Positions 1-10,646 of a stretch of DNA of 40,992 bases are shown here, piece by piece. The position numbers and the translations under genes were made by a program. Every line of letters begins with the position of its first letter. The stretch's first letter is position 1. Where the stretch lies: the NCBI GenBank assembly GCA_002633005.1, contig NMRA01000513.1, positions 271,397-312,388 on the forward strand, given 5' to 3'. The notes beneath the pieces were generated by a model. The model was not told the origin of the DNA. It saw nothing but the letters and a program-made list of their open reading frames with translations, and did not search any database. Origin of the DNA: Phoronis australis. Lineage: Eukaryota; Animalia; Phoronida.

Positions 1-950
1 GATATCCCACTTATACCCAGGGAAGTGGTGAAATGGCGAGGGATTGGTTTGGGTTTGAGGGATCATTAGAATCGAAAGAAATCGACCATTAGAAAAGCCA
101 TCTGTGGCTACAAATAATAAATAAGGGAAGTATCGTTTGTCCAGGACAATTAACGAAGAACGGGAAGGAGTCTACTAGGTATAAACTTGTCTAATCAGGA
201 AAACTGAGTGAATGTACTGTTGCTTGAGGCTGGGCCAACAGGAAGCTGGAGAGAAAGAACAAACAGCGCAACCATCGGACTTGGTAGGAACTAACCAGCA
301 GTTGGATATGAAGCATGAAGGGCTCTATAATGGTATTTGCCCAAATAATAGGATTTATGTCAGAGTGCCATAAATCTCATTATTTTCTAACGACTGTGGA
401 TTCCAAAAATGACAGTCAGCTTTTGATTTATTACTTAAACCACGATAAAAATTTAAGGTTAACTTTGAAATCGAAATCTATATTTCAATTGACAACCTTT
501 CCCGATTGTTTGAGCAAAGGTCTGCACGTCATCGCTGCTGGTTGCTATTTCGAATGTGGCGCGTTTGTACCCCCGGCAAATTGCCTGACAGTGACGTGAT
601 ACGGTAACGAAAGTGACGGTCGGCGAGGAATAGTTCGACGCCGATAAGATGAGAGTGAGAGGCCTTTTTCGATTTCCATTCTAACCAAACAAACGACGCG
701 ATATGCAACTTCAATAAACCTGATGTTTGAGTTTTAAAATGAGGGAGAAATTTGTTAGAAATATTTGTCCTTTATTCAGCATTCCGTTCATTGTTTACCG
801 TAACGCTTCGCCATCTAGTGGCACTTGATTGAAACTTGGATTCTAAGAGATGGCGGAATAACAGAAAGTGTTGTTTGTAACCTTTGTCGTTGTTTCAATT
901 AAGGAACAGAATTTGTGTAATGTTGACTAGCATCACATTACTACACTTGT

Positions 951-974
951 TTTCTTTTCTTTTCTTTTCTTTTT
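951..974. repeat. (TTTTC)n simple repeat
   Basis: tttcttttcttttcttttcttttt. Confidence 0.75.
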
Positions 975-1167
975 AATGGTGTTCTTTGGGCTGATGACTA
1001 TGTGTCCATGTACGTGTAAAGTGTGACGATGCCAGTAGAAAAGCAAGCACAGAACAAAATGTTAAATGTGATGTAGATAACTTCAGGTAAAACATTTCCA
1101 GGTATAAGATACACAAATTATGATTGCTTGACAATATAGCGGGGTTGTAAAACATTGTGTTTTTAAA

Positions 1168-1448
1168 CAGGGCTCTGTTTCATGAACTTAAGACTTAAGG
1201 CAGACAATTGTTTTTTTCTCGTCTACTTGTAACCGAAAGAAAAGTTAGCCAAATGCTTAAGAGCACATTGCCTTGCTGATCTAACTACATGTATCTCAGT
1301 AACTTGAAATTTTGTATATATCATTCTCAGAGAATTTACTCTTTTTCTCAAACGATATTTTGTTATTTTTTATAAATAATTTGTGGAGTGTGGAGAGCAA
1401 ATTTCGGACTTAAGTCTAAAGCCACGTTTCATGAAACAGAAAGCCCTG
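1168..1448. mobile_element. MITE, probably PIF/Harbinger-like
   Basis: TIRs cagggctctgtttcatgaa and ttcatgaaacagaaagccctg, with inner agacttaag/cttaagtct symmetry. CWG trinucleotides flank the ends. No coding capacity. Confidence 0.65.
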
Positions 1449-1959
1449 GGTCGGATCTCCCATCTCAGTTTCTAACACCATGTAGCTGCATACCTGCCTT
1501 TAACTAAAATTTGATCCAGGCTTGGCGATCCGTGGAATCGGAGGCTTTTGAAGCATAAGTTTCTAACCCGGCGTGCGTTCAGTAAGGCTATGGCCTACGC
1601 TATGACCTAGCTAAAATCTAGCCAAAGTCACGTGTTCTAATTTAAAATACATGCCATATCTCGCGTAATCTCACAAAATCTTGCTTTTTAGCTAGATCCT
1701 AGCGTTATTTCAGTATTGCATTCCCTTAAAATGAATTTATTTATTTTCATTCGTGTAATACTAGCAGGCCAACTTGTGTAAAAGGGATCCTGGGATTTTA
1801 GCGGATCATTCTTAAGTTACGTTTCAGTATATGCAGTTTACATCCTGAGCTAAAAGCGATTGTTCCACAGTGTTTACCTTGCGTCGATAAATACAGTATT
1901 CTGGAAGAGTGATGAAGAGATCATAATTAATGCACGCTATATACTTTATTTGCTAAACA

Positions 1960-2397
1960 GTGAATGATATTACAAAACAAAATCCAACGAAAGAAAATTC
2001 ATCAACAGGCATGGCAATCAAAATGACTCCTCTTCTACGTGAATCCGCAGAGGGAATTTTAATTTTCCTTTGCATAGCAGCAGCTGCAGTTAACAACTCA
2101 GGACCATGCTTCAAAAAACGTGAGATTGTTGTAAAGTTCCGTGCAAATCGTGCGTCTGCAATCCTGCTCAAGTTTTCCTTGACCAAATCTTACATCTTGC
2201 CATGTCCAATGTCAGATGTAGATTCCTACTTTTCAAACAATGTGGTCAATAATTCCAAAAGCATTTGCGAATGGGCAGTAACTGTTGTTGCTGTCACAGT
2301 ACGCGATAGATGTCACTCACGACCATAAGGAAATCCTCTGCTTGAACACATTATGTTGATTTCAATAAACTTTCGTAGCTGTCGTCCTTCGCACCCT
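1960..2397 (-). pseudogene. Possible Myb/SANT-like (Harbinger accessory protein) relic
   Basis: A stop-interrupted frame reads LLELLTTLFEK*...KM*DLVKENLSRIADARFARNFTTI, after an acceptor-like ttttcacag. A Harbinger-like end (ggcgtgcgttcag) is at about 1571. Similarity is weak. Confidence 0.25.
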
Positions 2398-3763
2398 GTG
2401 AAAATTCAATTATTTTTGTTCATAAACAGTTTCTTACGTAGTCCACGCTGTTAACACAGTATCTCGACGGCGTAATTATACGCATTTGCCATCCTTTGAT
2501 AAACAAAAAAATCAAAAGTAGTGAGGCTCTGGTCACCCGCTTCCGCCGCCCTTGAATGGACACAAGTTTCGCCTCCTCGTCTAGTTAACATGCACCACGA
2601 TTACAAACGGAAGTTCATCTCAAATTGGTTGGATTATTCGCAAAAAGGTAAGACGGCTGAGAGGTTAGGGGCATATCAGCAAGTGAATGATCAAAAGAAT
2701 ATTGAGGTAACATGTTTTTGTTCCTAGCCAATCAGTGGGTAAAATGTGTTCCCTCAATATGACTATCTTGCTAGTGGTGACACAATTGCGTTAAATGGAT
2801 TGCTAAAGACCCATTTGGAGCTATCTTTTAAAAGAATCGTCTTGGTTCATGAGACAGAACCATTTTGAATACGGTGAATTAGTGGTTTTATCATCAAGTT
2901 TAAGCCGTGTGATTTCTCACCTAACACGACACGAGTCTTTAGGAGTTGGTACGTTTTTCCATTGGATAGTTAAAAGCATATGCTCTTTCGACAACGGCAC
3001 TGGGCGAATCTATTGACACAAAGTGGCTGCCCTGAGTATGAATTGTGTTCAGAATACGTTCTCGAAAAACTGATGCAAAGTGAATCACGAAAGGCTATCA
3101 ATTATTAAAGTTACACACAGATTTTCGCCAGATTTCCACATTATATGACCATGCGCCTGAATCCAATAATAATAGGTTTTGTCATGCAACAATTATTTTG
3201 CTCAAGTGTTTACAAATAAGCGTACGTGGCAAATATCAACTTAAATGGAAACTGAAGGCGACCAACCTTTGATTTGAATTGTGTGTGTCCTTTGTTTTAT
3301 GATAGTGCTTTCAGCTTTTACAGATGACCTTTAATAGGATGACACGTCCAATACTTGTCGTTTTGTAAGGATTAGCTACCCGGAATAAGCCATTGTTCAG
3401 CGTGTTCTTTTAGGATTTTTTCCTTGTCAACTACTCAAAAAAGTTCCAAAAACTGTGAGCTTAACTGCAAATTTGCGTGTAGGATCACATGGCCCTAAAT
3501 ACGTGCATGCAAAACGTTGATCGTGAGAAGTCCTCCTGATCATAACTCTTTTATAAAGCTGGCTATTTTCTTACACCAACTGCGTATGAATATGGAAATC
3601 TTCAAAGGAAGTGGAAATATGGATCACAAACAGGGTTACGTCTGGTCAGCACGACACCTAGGTTTTGATGTGGCCAACAGGTGACGTGCAGACCAAACTT
3701 AAACCTAATTGCGAACTATCTGAGAACTTACGCTGTTGCTTCATTCCCGACGGTATCAGTCAT

Positions 3764-3824
3764 CTAGCTTGACTCTTCCTTCTCAATCTCTTTCTCTTCT
3801 TCTTTCGCCTCTTTATCTTCTTCC
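3764..3824 (-). CDS. Coding exon 10: C-terminal EEDKEAKEEEKEIEKEESS-stop
   Basis: Acceptor ttctgcttag. Head nearly identical to the head of exon 8. In-frame TAG at 3766-3764. Confidence 0.82.
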
Positions 3825-6800
3825 CTAAGCAGAAAATATGGAATTGTGTATTTCCTCGATCGTGTCATAAACACAGATGTGGATTTTGTCTTGTATCACT
3901 TTCTTGATTATTGAACAGAACAATTTGGTTTTCTGCAGTTGCTGAACGAATGCAGTCTTTCAAGAATTTATAAGTGTCGAGGACAGCACAATATTTCTCA
4001 AAATTCTTTTTGGTGTTCGGACAAATTTACACTCACTTGGTGGTTTCCTTTACCCTGATAGATATTTTCGCTTGTAATGTAGCGTATGAGAAAACAACAC
4101 AGAATATCCAACAGCCAAGTTCACACTTTAAGACTCACACATTTTACTTGCAGTACTGACGTTCAAGAGTGAAAGTAGGTGAAATGTTTAACAAAGCATC
4201 AAATCTTATTCAAATTTGCAGTCCATATGCGATGCAAAAAGAGTCATACAAGACTCAAACTATTGAAAACGTGATAACTTACGTGATTTGTTTGTCTTCG
4301 TCAGCCTCAAACGTTTTCTTGTTGATGCTTCCACCCTTCAAGATTTGTTTAACTAGTTCATGGGCTGCATTTCCACCCATACCTTGAGCCTTAAGACTGG
4401 CAACTACCTCATCGGTTGAGACTTTTCCGTCTTTGTTGGTATCGAGAACATCGAAAGTTTCGTCCTCTTCCACAGCTTCGTCTTCTTTTTTGTCTCCCCT
4501 GGAATAATGTAAAGGGGTTTTCTTACATTTGACTCGTAAACATTATTGATGAACCTTTTCCAACAATAAAATGAGGTTCATGAAAAGTTACCTCTGATGT
4601 GTGTTTTCCAAAAACTAGTTAAAATTGTAAAAACTTACTTTTCCAACTTGGCTTCAACAGCCTCAAACTCTGCCTTGTCAATACTCCCGTCTTTGTTGGC
4701 GTCGTAAGCCTTCATTGATTCTGTAACGGCTTTGTCGCCTCCTGATGGGTTTGCTGCTTTTATTTCATCACCTGTAATTTTTCCGTCTTTGTTGGTGTCA
4801 ATGGACTCAAAGGTCTTATCTTCGTCCTTGGCTACATCTTTTTCTTCCTCAGCCTCTTCGCTGGCCAAGTCTCTCTTCGCTTTTTCTTCCTTCTCAATCT
4901 CTTTCTCTTCTTCTTTCGCCTCTTTGTCTTCTTCCCTAAACGGAAACTAATTTTCATCCAATTGTGTATTTCCTCCATCGTGTCATCAATACAGATAGGT
5001 ATTTTGTCTCGCAGAATTTTCTTGAGTACGGAACGGAACCCTTTGGTTTTCTGCGGTTGCTGAGTGAACGCAGTGTTTCAAGAATTTAAACTTGTCGAGG
5101 GCAGTATAACATTTCTCAAACTTTTTTTTTGGTTTTCGGACAAACTTACACTGACTTAGTGGTTTCCTATACCCTGACAGATTTTTTGCTTGTTATCAAT
5201 CAACGGCTTGAAATTTAGCGTATGAAAAAACAGCACGAAATCTCAACCAGTCAGTTCACACTTTAACACTCACACATTTTACTTGCAGTACCGACGTTCA
5301 AGAGTGAAAGTACGTGAAATGTTTAACACAGCATCTAATCTTATTCAAATTTGCAGTCCATAGGCGAAGCAAAATGTATCATCCAAGACTCAAACTATTG
5401 AAAACGTGAGAACTTACGTGATTTGTTTGTCTTCGTCAGCCTCAAACGTTTTCTTGTCGATGCTTCCACCCTTCAAGATTTGTTTAACTAGTTCATGGGC
5501 TGCATTTCCACCGATACCTTGAGCCTTAAGGCTGGCAACTACCTCATCGGTTGAGACTTTTCCGTCTTTGTTGGTATCGAGAACGTCGAAAGTTTCGTCC
5601 TCTTCCACAGCTTCGTCTTCTTTTTTGTCTCCTCTGGAATAATGTAAAGGGGTTTTCTTACATTTGACTAGTAACCATTATTGATGAACATTTTCCAACA
5701 ATAAAAATGAGGTTCATGAAAAGTTACCTCTGATGTGTGTTTTCCAACAACTAGTTAACATTGTAAAAACTTACTTTTCCAACTTGGCTTCAACAGCCTC
5801 AAACTCTGCCTTGTCAATACTCCCGTCTTTGTTGGCGTCGTAAGCCTTCATTGATTCTGTAACGGCTTTGTCGCCTCCTGAAGGGTTTGCTGCTTTTATT
5901 TCATCACCTGTAATTTTTCCGTCTTTGTTGGTGTCAATGGACTCGAAGGTCTTATCTTCGTCCTTGGCTACATCTTTTTCTTCCTCGGCCTCTTCACTAG
6001 CCAAGTCTCTTTTGGATTCTTCTTCCTTCTTAATCTCATCCTCCTCTTTTTTCTCCTGTTTCTCAACACCCCTAAAAAGAAAAAATGGCTACATGCGATT
6101 CTATGTTTCCTGGAGGGTGTCTCAAACAGAAATGTGAACTTTGTATTGCCCCTGTTAACACAAATATTGAACAGAATTGTTCCGTCTTCTGCAACACCTG
6201 TAATCGTTACATCGTGCAGTTTTTCTAGAATTTCGAAGTGTCGAGGACAGCCGCTTCACTGAATAGGTTATGTTGGTACAAGAGTTTTTGTCTTTCCTCT
6301 AGACTGTCTCAAATTCGGAAAGAAAAATTACTGTACTATGTGTTTGCACTTCCTTGGACTGTTCAACATGAGGCTTCATCCCGTGAAACTAAGACCTTGG
6401 TTTTGCATTCTTTCAGAGAATGAAACAAAAGTTTTTGCAAGATTTACAAAAGCATTAGAGCACACAATTAAAGCTCTACTGTTGACTTGAGGTGAAAGCA
6501 TTTATTCACGAGATACAATCATTGTGTCAGCAAAACAAATATTGACCTTTGGGCATATGTGACCTTGTCTTTGGGATTCATCCCTATTACTATATTATTA
6601 GTTGAAAATGAGATCTAAAATGAATGTTAAGAAATGTGCCTCTTGGAATCGAAGGCAGGCAGTTATACGTTCTTTAAGTACATTTGGTTTATAAACAGTA
6701 TCAAAACTGAAACTCCATGAGATCTTGTTTGAACATGGGGGGTAGGCAAAACATTATTACGAGACAAAGGCAGACTTAAGAGCTTACTCATATACTTTGT

Positions 6801-9800
6801 CTTCATCTGCTTCAAACTCTTCCTTGGTAACAGCGCCGTCTTTGTTGGTGTCATAGAAGTCCATGCTTTCTTTAGTCTCCTTGGCAGCTTCGTCTTTATC
6901 AAGACCACTAGCTAAGAGAGCGGCATTTATTTCAGCGGATGAGATCTTTCCGTCCTTGTCAGTATCGAGAGAATCGAAATTTTCCGTTTCGTCCAAAGCA
7001 ACATCTTCCTTTTCGTCTCCACTGAAATTGACACAATGGAGTATTATCGAAATTTCCCCAAAGTAGTTGACGACACTTGGTTTTTGCTTAGGAAAAATTT
7101 TACAATGGTTTTAAAATATTTATTCGGTGCGTATATGTACATGTCATCAGTAGATAAAACTCACAATGAACGAAATTTTCTCCGTCTTTTCGCTTGGTTT
7201 CGAAACAAAACTATTCAAATTTAGAAGGCATTTGGACTGTTACTTAAGGGCGCTAGGCAACTACAGGTAAGTAATAAAAGATGCGTGATGAGTGGTGCAT
7301 ACACCCATATGTTTTCTTGTTTCCATATGTCCGTAAAAACGATGAAGCGCGCTTTTCTAAATACGGCTCTACAGGTAAAAAGTCCACAGCCAAACTTTGT
7401 TATGAATGAAGCAAATATTGAGAAATCTGGCAAATTTTATTTCCGGTCGGCCGACAGCACTTGCTGGACGTGTGTGACACTGCAAGAACGCTGCAATTGA
7501 CGTTTGATATTTTAAGAAAGCACGAACTCCTCCCTTACCAATGGAAGAGAGTAGGTATTTGCCACTGTGATTTCCAATTTGTTAAACGATATTGTAGTGT
7601 GTTTCTTAGCAGTTTTACTTGAGACACCCCATTGCTGACGTCATCGAAACAAAATCCTCTCTATTTATGCGTATTCAATCGATAGCGTTTCTAATAAAAA
7701 CTGCACAGGTTATGGACAAACGAAAACAGCACTTATATATTATCGCTAAAGCAGTTTAAGCACACGCACCACATTTTATGCAATGTATAAATTGAAACAG
7801 GCCTTTGAAGGACAAAGGTATTTCCGAACATGGGACATTGGGGGGATAAGGGTTCCACGTGACTTGGGCCACGTTAGGTAAAGCTAGATGCTCGCCAGAG
7901 TAAGCAAGTGGTGTCACGTGTTTCACTTGTTATTCATATAGATATTTGGCCAAACCCGAAAAAGTAGTCCAGCAGAACACAGCTTTGAATAAGTGCACTT
8001 CCACCAGTCTAACCCTTGTTTCCATTTCATCACCAAGGAATTTAAGGGTTTTTTCATTACAAAGCATTTGACGTGCGCTGGGTGCTTAGCTAGTTTTGGT
8101 ATATCAGTGTTTCACATCAAGTTTTTCAATCTGGCCAGATGTCGTAACGTCCTATCAGGTTTACTGTGCATACATCACGCTTTTGGCTCTTCCGCGTTCG
8201 TCACGTGGGTTAATTCTATATCTATATCAGGTTAATATACGGGTTCTTTTACTAGTGTACTTACTCTTCCTCTTCTTTAGTGACGGCGTCAAACTCTTTC
8301 TTGGTAACTGCTCCGTCTTTGTCTGCGTCATAGTCGTCCAAGAACTCTTTTGCTGTCAGTTTGGCTGCAGCATCATCGGCATCTCCCTGGTCTTTGGCAG
8401 CAGCCTCGATCTCAGCGGCTGTGATTTTTCCGTCACCGTCAGCGTCGATTTCATCAAAAGTTGCAATGTCTGCTAGAGCCACCTGTTCGTTTTTGTCTCC
8501 CCTTCGAGAAATATTGTAAGCTCAACAGTACAAGTAAGAAAAATCACAATGTTATATTTAAGGGTTATTTATTTTGTAATACATGAAATACTTTATAATT
8601 TGACGAAAGTTTCCAGTAATCGAATATATCTGAGATATAAAATGGTGTGAATTAAAACAAGTGATGCTATGTCAGTTAATAATTGTTGAAGATATTAATT
8701 GAAGAAACAATTTTATATATCTTTTGTTTTCGCGATTTCTGTATTCGCTCGATCAGCAATTCTACGCATTTTGATTTCAAATGCAATTTTATTATATTGG
8801 CAAACTACATGTACATGTATTTGCAGTCTCAATATGCGTTATATACTTACTTTTCTTCTTTGTCCAGAACAGCTTCAAACTCTTTCTTGTCAACTCCACC
8901 GCTCTTGTCGGTATCGAACGCGTCCATGACTTCTTTAACCGTCTTCTTGATTGCAGCTGAAAGCATTGATTTGAGCTCAGTGGGAGTAACTTTTCCATCA
9001 CCGTTGGCATCGATTCGGTCAAAGGTGTCATCTTCTTCCTTATTGTACTCTTTTTCTTCTTTCTTTGCATCTGCTTCTTCTTCTTTCTCCGTCTTTTTCA
9101 GTTCTGGTCCGTCTTCCTTTTCCTCCTCTTTCTCAACCTCTTTCATCTCTTTTTCCTCTTCCTTCTCTTCTGCCTTGATCTCCTTCAGTTCTTTTCCCAT
9201 TCCTTCTTTTTTCATTTGGCCTTCCATTTGTTGTTCCTCGGTCTCCATGCCTTTTTTGCTCTCGGATTCTCTGTAAGAATAAATGCAGTAAGTTAGGAAT
9301 TGCCACACTTTTTTGTAACCGTCTGAGACACCTTCTTTGAATCTTGAAATAAAGTCTTCGGTTTCTTCTACTCCGAGTTTCGACTGCCATTTATCCTTAT
9401 TCGCGACAAAATTTCCATCCTCTTCCGCATCGAATACCACAGCTGATATTATACAATTATCAACAAATGAGCAAACATGGCATCTTTCTATAACACAAAA
9501 CGCATTGTTGATACGTAAGGTCTGCTGCCATATGTTTACAGGAACGGTTGCGAGCACATTGAACGAGGTGGAATCTGTGTTTCATGTAGTGTCTGATGGA
9601 GATTTTGAAAATTCTAGGTTTTCACACTTTCCTATTTGTACGTGTTCAAGACAGTTTCAGATTATTTTCCTTCGAGGACATCGCAATTTCTCGATCAAAG
9701 ACCCAGCAACAAATGTCAATTACATGTAAAAGTATACACATGTATTTTCTCTAAGTGTTGCAATGAGCATTGGTCATGTATTGAATATAGCGTCAGTACG

Positions 9801-10646
9801 TGAGCTTGTGTTGTTCCAAGCTGATGAGGAGAGTCCATGGGCGTTAGTGTTGATAGAAATAAGCGTTGTGTTCAATTGAACTTGTTCTAGTTTTCAACTC
9901 TTACTCTTCTACTGCTTGTTGCTAATAATTGCCAGTATACAAAGCAGTTGCAATTTTATCAAATGGCCGTTACGATTTATTAGTACATTTGGCACACTCC
10001 AATTTTGAAAATGTGCATTCAATCACGAAACCATGAAAGTAAACCACTTACTTGCGAACTGCGTCGAACTCCGTCTTTGAAACACTGCCGTCTTTGTTAG
10101 TGTCATAGGTGAGCATGAACTCTTCGACTACTGATTCAGCAGCCTTTGAAAGGATTCCCTCGAGTTCATCGGCCGTAACTTTTCCATCCTTGTTTGTGTC
10201 GAGTTGTTCAAATTCCTTCCCTTCACTCTTTTTGAGCTCTGCCTGCTCTTTCGCGCCTTCCTTTTTCATCTCTGCTTCTTCTTCCTTGATGGCATTCCTT
10301 CGCAATACCCCGGCGCTAAAAAGAAGACAGTTTAGACGTCAGGCACAGCAGCACGCACAGAAGCTGACACAAAAACTTTGAATTGTATAAGCAAATGGGT
10401 TTCTTGCTTACACAAATAATCGTGTTATTATCGGGCTGTTCCCATTGTGCCGCTCTACAATATTACTTATTCACTGATCGCGTCTCTTACAGGATTTTTA
10501 CAGCGAATGTGCACGGATTGATAAAACCCTGGCCTAATAAATAGCGACTAAAAATACCACAGAAACTTCATTTGCTCTAAAGTTTGAAACAAATTTACTC
10601 ACCTGCACAGGGCAACCAACAGACATGCGGCGATCAAGTACTTCAT
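3764..10646 (-). CDS. Spliced gene for a secreted multi-EF-hand Ca2+-binding protein (10 coding exons, 2286 nt, 761 aa): join(complement 10603-10646, 10052-10315, 8851-9270, 8265-8501, 6788-7021, 5775-6071, 5418-5633, 4639-4935, 4283-4498, 3764-3824)
   Basis: Every junction has a GTRAG donor and a pyrimidine-rich AG acceptor. All introns are phase 2, all internal exons are multiples of 3, and the joined frame is open from ATG (10646) to TAG (3766-3764). The N-terminus MKYLIAACLLVALCSAG is signal-peptide-like, and there are 14 canonical DxDxDG/DxNxDG-type 12-residue EF loops ending in E. Confidence 0.9.
4283..4498 (-). CDS. Coding exon 9 (module B, copy 2)
   Basis: Acceptor attccag, donor GTAAGT, 216 nt. 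Near-identical to exon 7 (I/M and D/N changes). Confidence 0.9.
4639..4935 (-). CDS. Coding exon 8 (module A, copy 2): linker with KR site and EF-hand pair 7
   Basis: Acceptor ttccgtttag, donor GTAAGT, 297 nt. EF region identical in protein to exon 6. Confidence 0.92.
5418..5633 (-). CDS. Coding exon 7 (module B, copy 1): one canonical and one degenerate EF-hand
   Basis: Acceptor attccag, donor GTAAGT, 216 nt. Loop DTNKDGKVSTDE; second loop shortened to ILKGGSIDKKTF. Confidence 0.9.
5775..6071 (-). CDS. Coding exon 6 (module A, copy 1): linker with KR site and EF-hand pair 5
   Basis: Acceptor ttctttttag, donor GTAAGT, 297 nt. Loops DTNKDGKITGDE and DANKDGSIDKAE. Confidence 0.92.
6788..7021 (-). 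CDS. Coding exon 5: EF-hand pair 4
   Basis: Acceptor aatttcag, donor GTAAGC, 234 nt. Loops DTDKDGKISSAE and DTNKDGAVTKEE. Confidence 0.92.
8265..8501 (-). CDS. Coding exon 4: EF-hand pair 3
   Basis: Acceptor tttctcgaag, donor GTAAGT, 237 nt. Loops DADGDGKITAAE and DADKDGAVTKKE. Confidence 0.9.
8851..9270 (-). CDS. Coding exon 3: long E/K-rich linker and EF-hand pair 2
   Basis: Acceptor ttcttacag, donor GTAAGT, 420 nt. Loops DANGDGKVTPTE and DTDKSGGVDKKE. Confidence 0.92.
10052..10315 (-). CDS. Coding exon 2: end of signal peptide, RR site, EF-hand pair 1
   Basis: Acceptor tttttag, donor GTAAGT, 264 nt. Loops DTNKDGKVTADE and DTNKDGSVSKTE. Confidence 0.92.
10603..10646 (-). CDS. Coding exon 1: signal peptide MKYLIAACLLVALC
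   Basis: Acceptor ttttgttacag directly precedes the ATG. Basic residue then hydrophobic core. Donor AG|GTGAGT. Phase 2 matches the next exon (AG+C = Ser). Confidence 0.88.

Larger units (their letters stand above)
3775..6010. repeat. Intragenic tandem duplication, unit about 1.1 kb (two exons plus two introns)
   Basis: About 3775-4875 aligns with about 4886-6010, including introns. A third, more diverged copy of the intron end is at 6072-6253 (shared aagtgtcgaggacagc). Confidence 0.93.

Noticed and set aside
4490-8855. KGD integrin-binding-like motif formed at three splice junctions
   Set aside because: Expected by chance in a K/G/D-rich repeat protein, two of the three are duplicates, and there is no constrained loop context.
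8683-9276. 197-aa Ser/Phe-rich plus-strand ORF (also 4732-4950, 5868-6137, 6863-7066, 10109-10381)
   Set aside because: These are antisense shadows of the GAA/AAA-rich EF-hand exons.
9271-9557. N-terminal extension of the 236-aa ORF 8847-9557
   Set aside because: It is intron read-through upstream of a clear acceptor at 9271, and composition changes abruptly at that point.
4279-10305. Cluster of separate small calmodulin-like genes, as the ORF track implies
   Set aside because: The apparent starts are mostly GTG/TTG, and each apparent stop is the TAA inside a GTAAG donor. The pieces splice into one frame.
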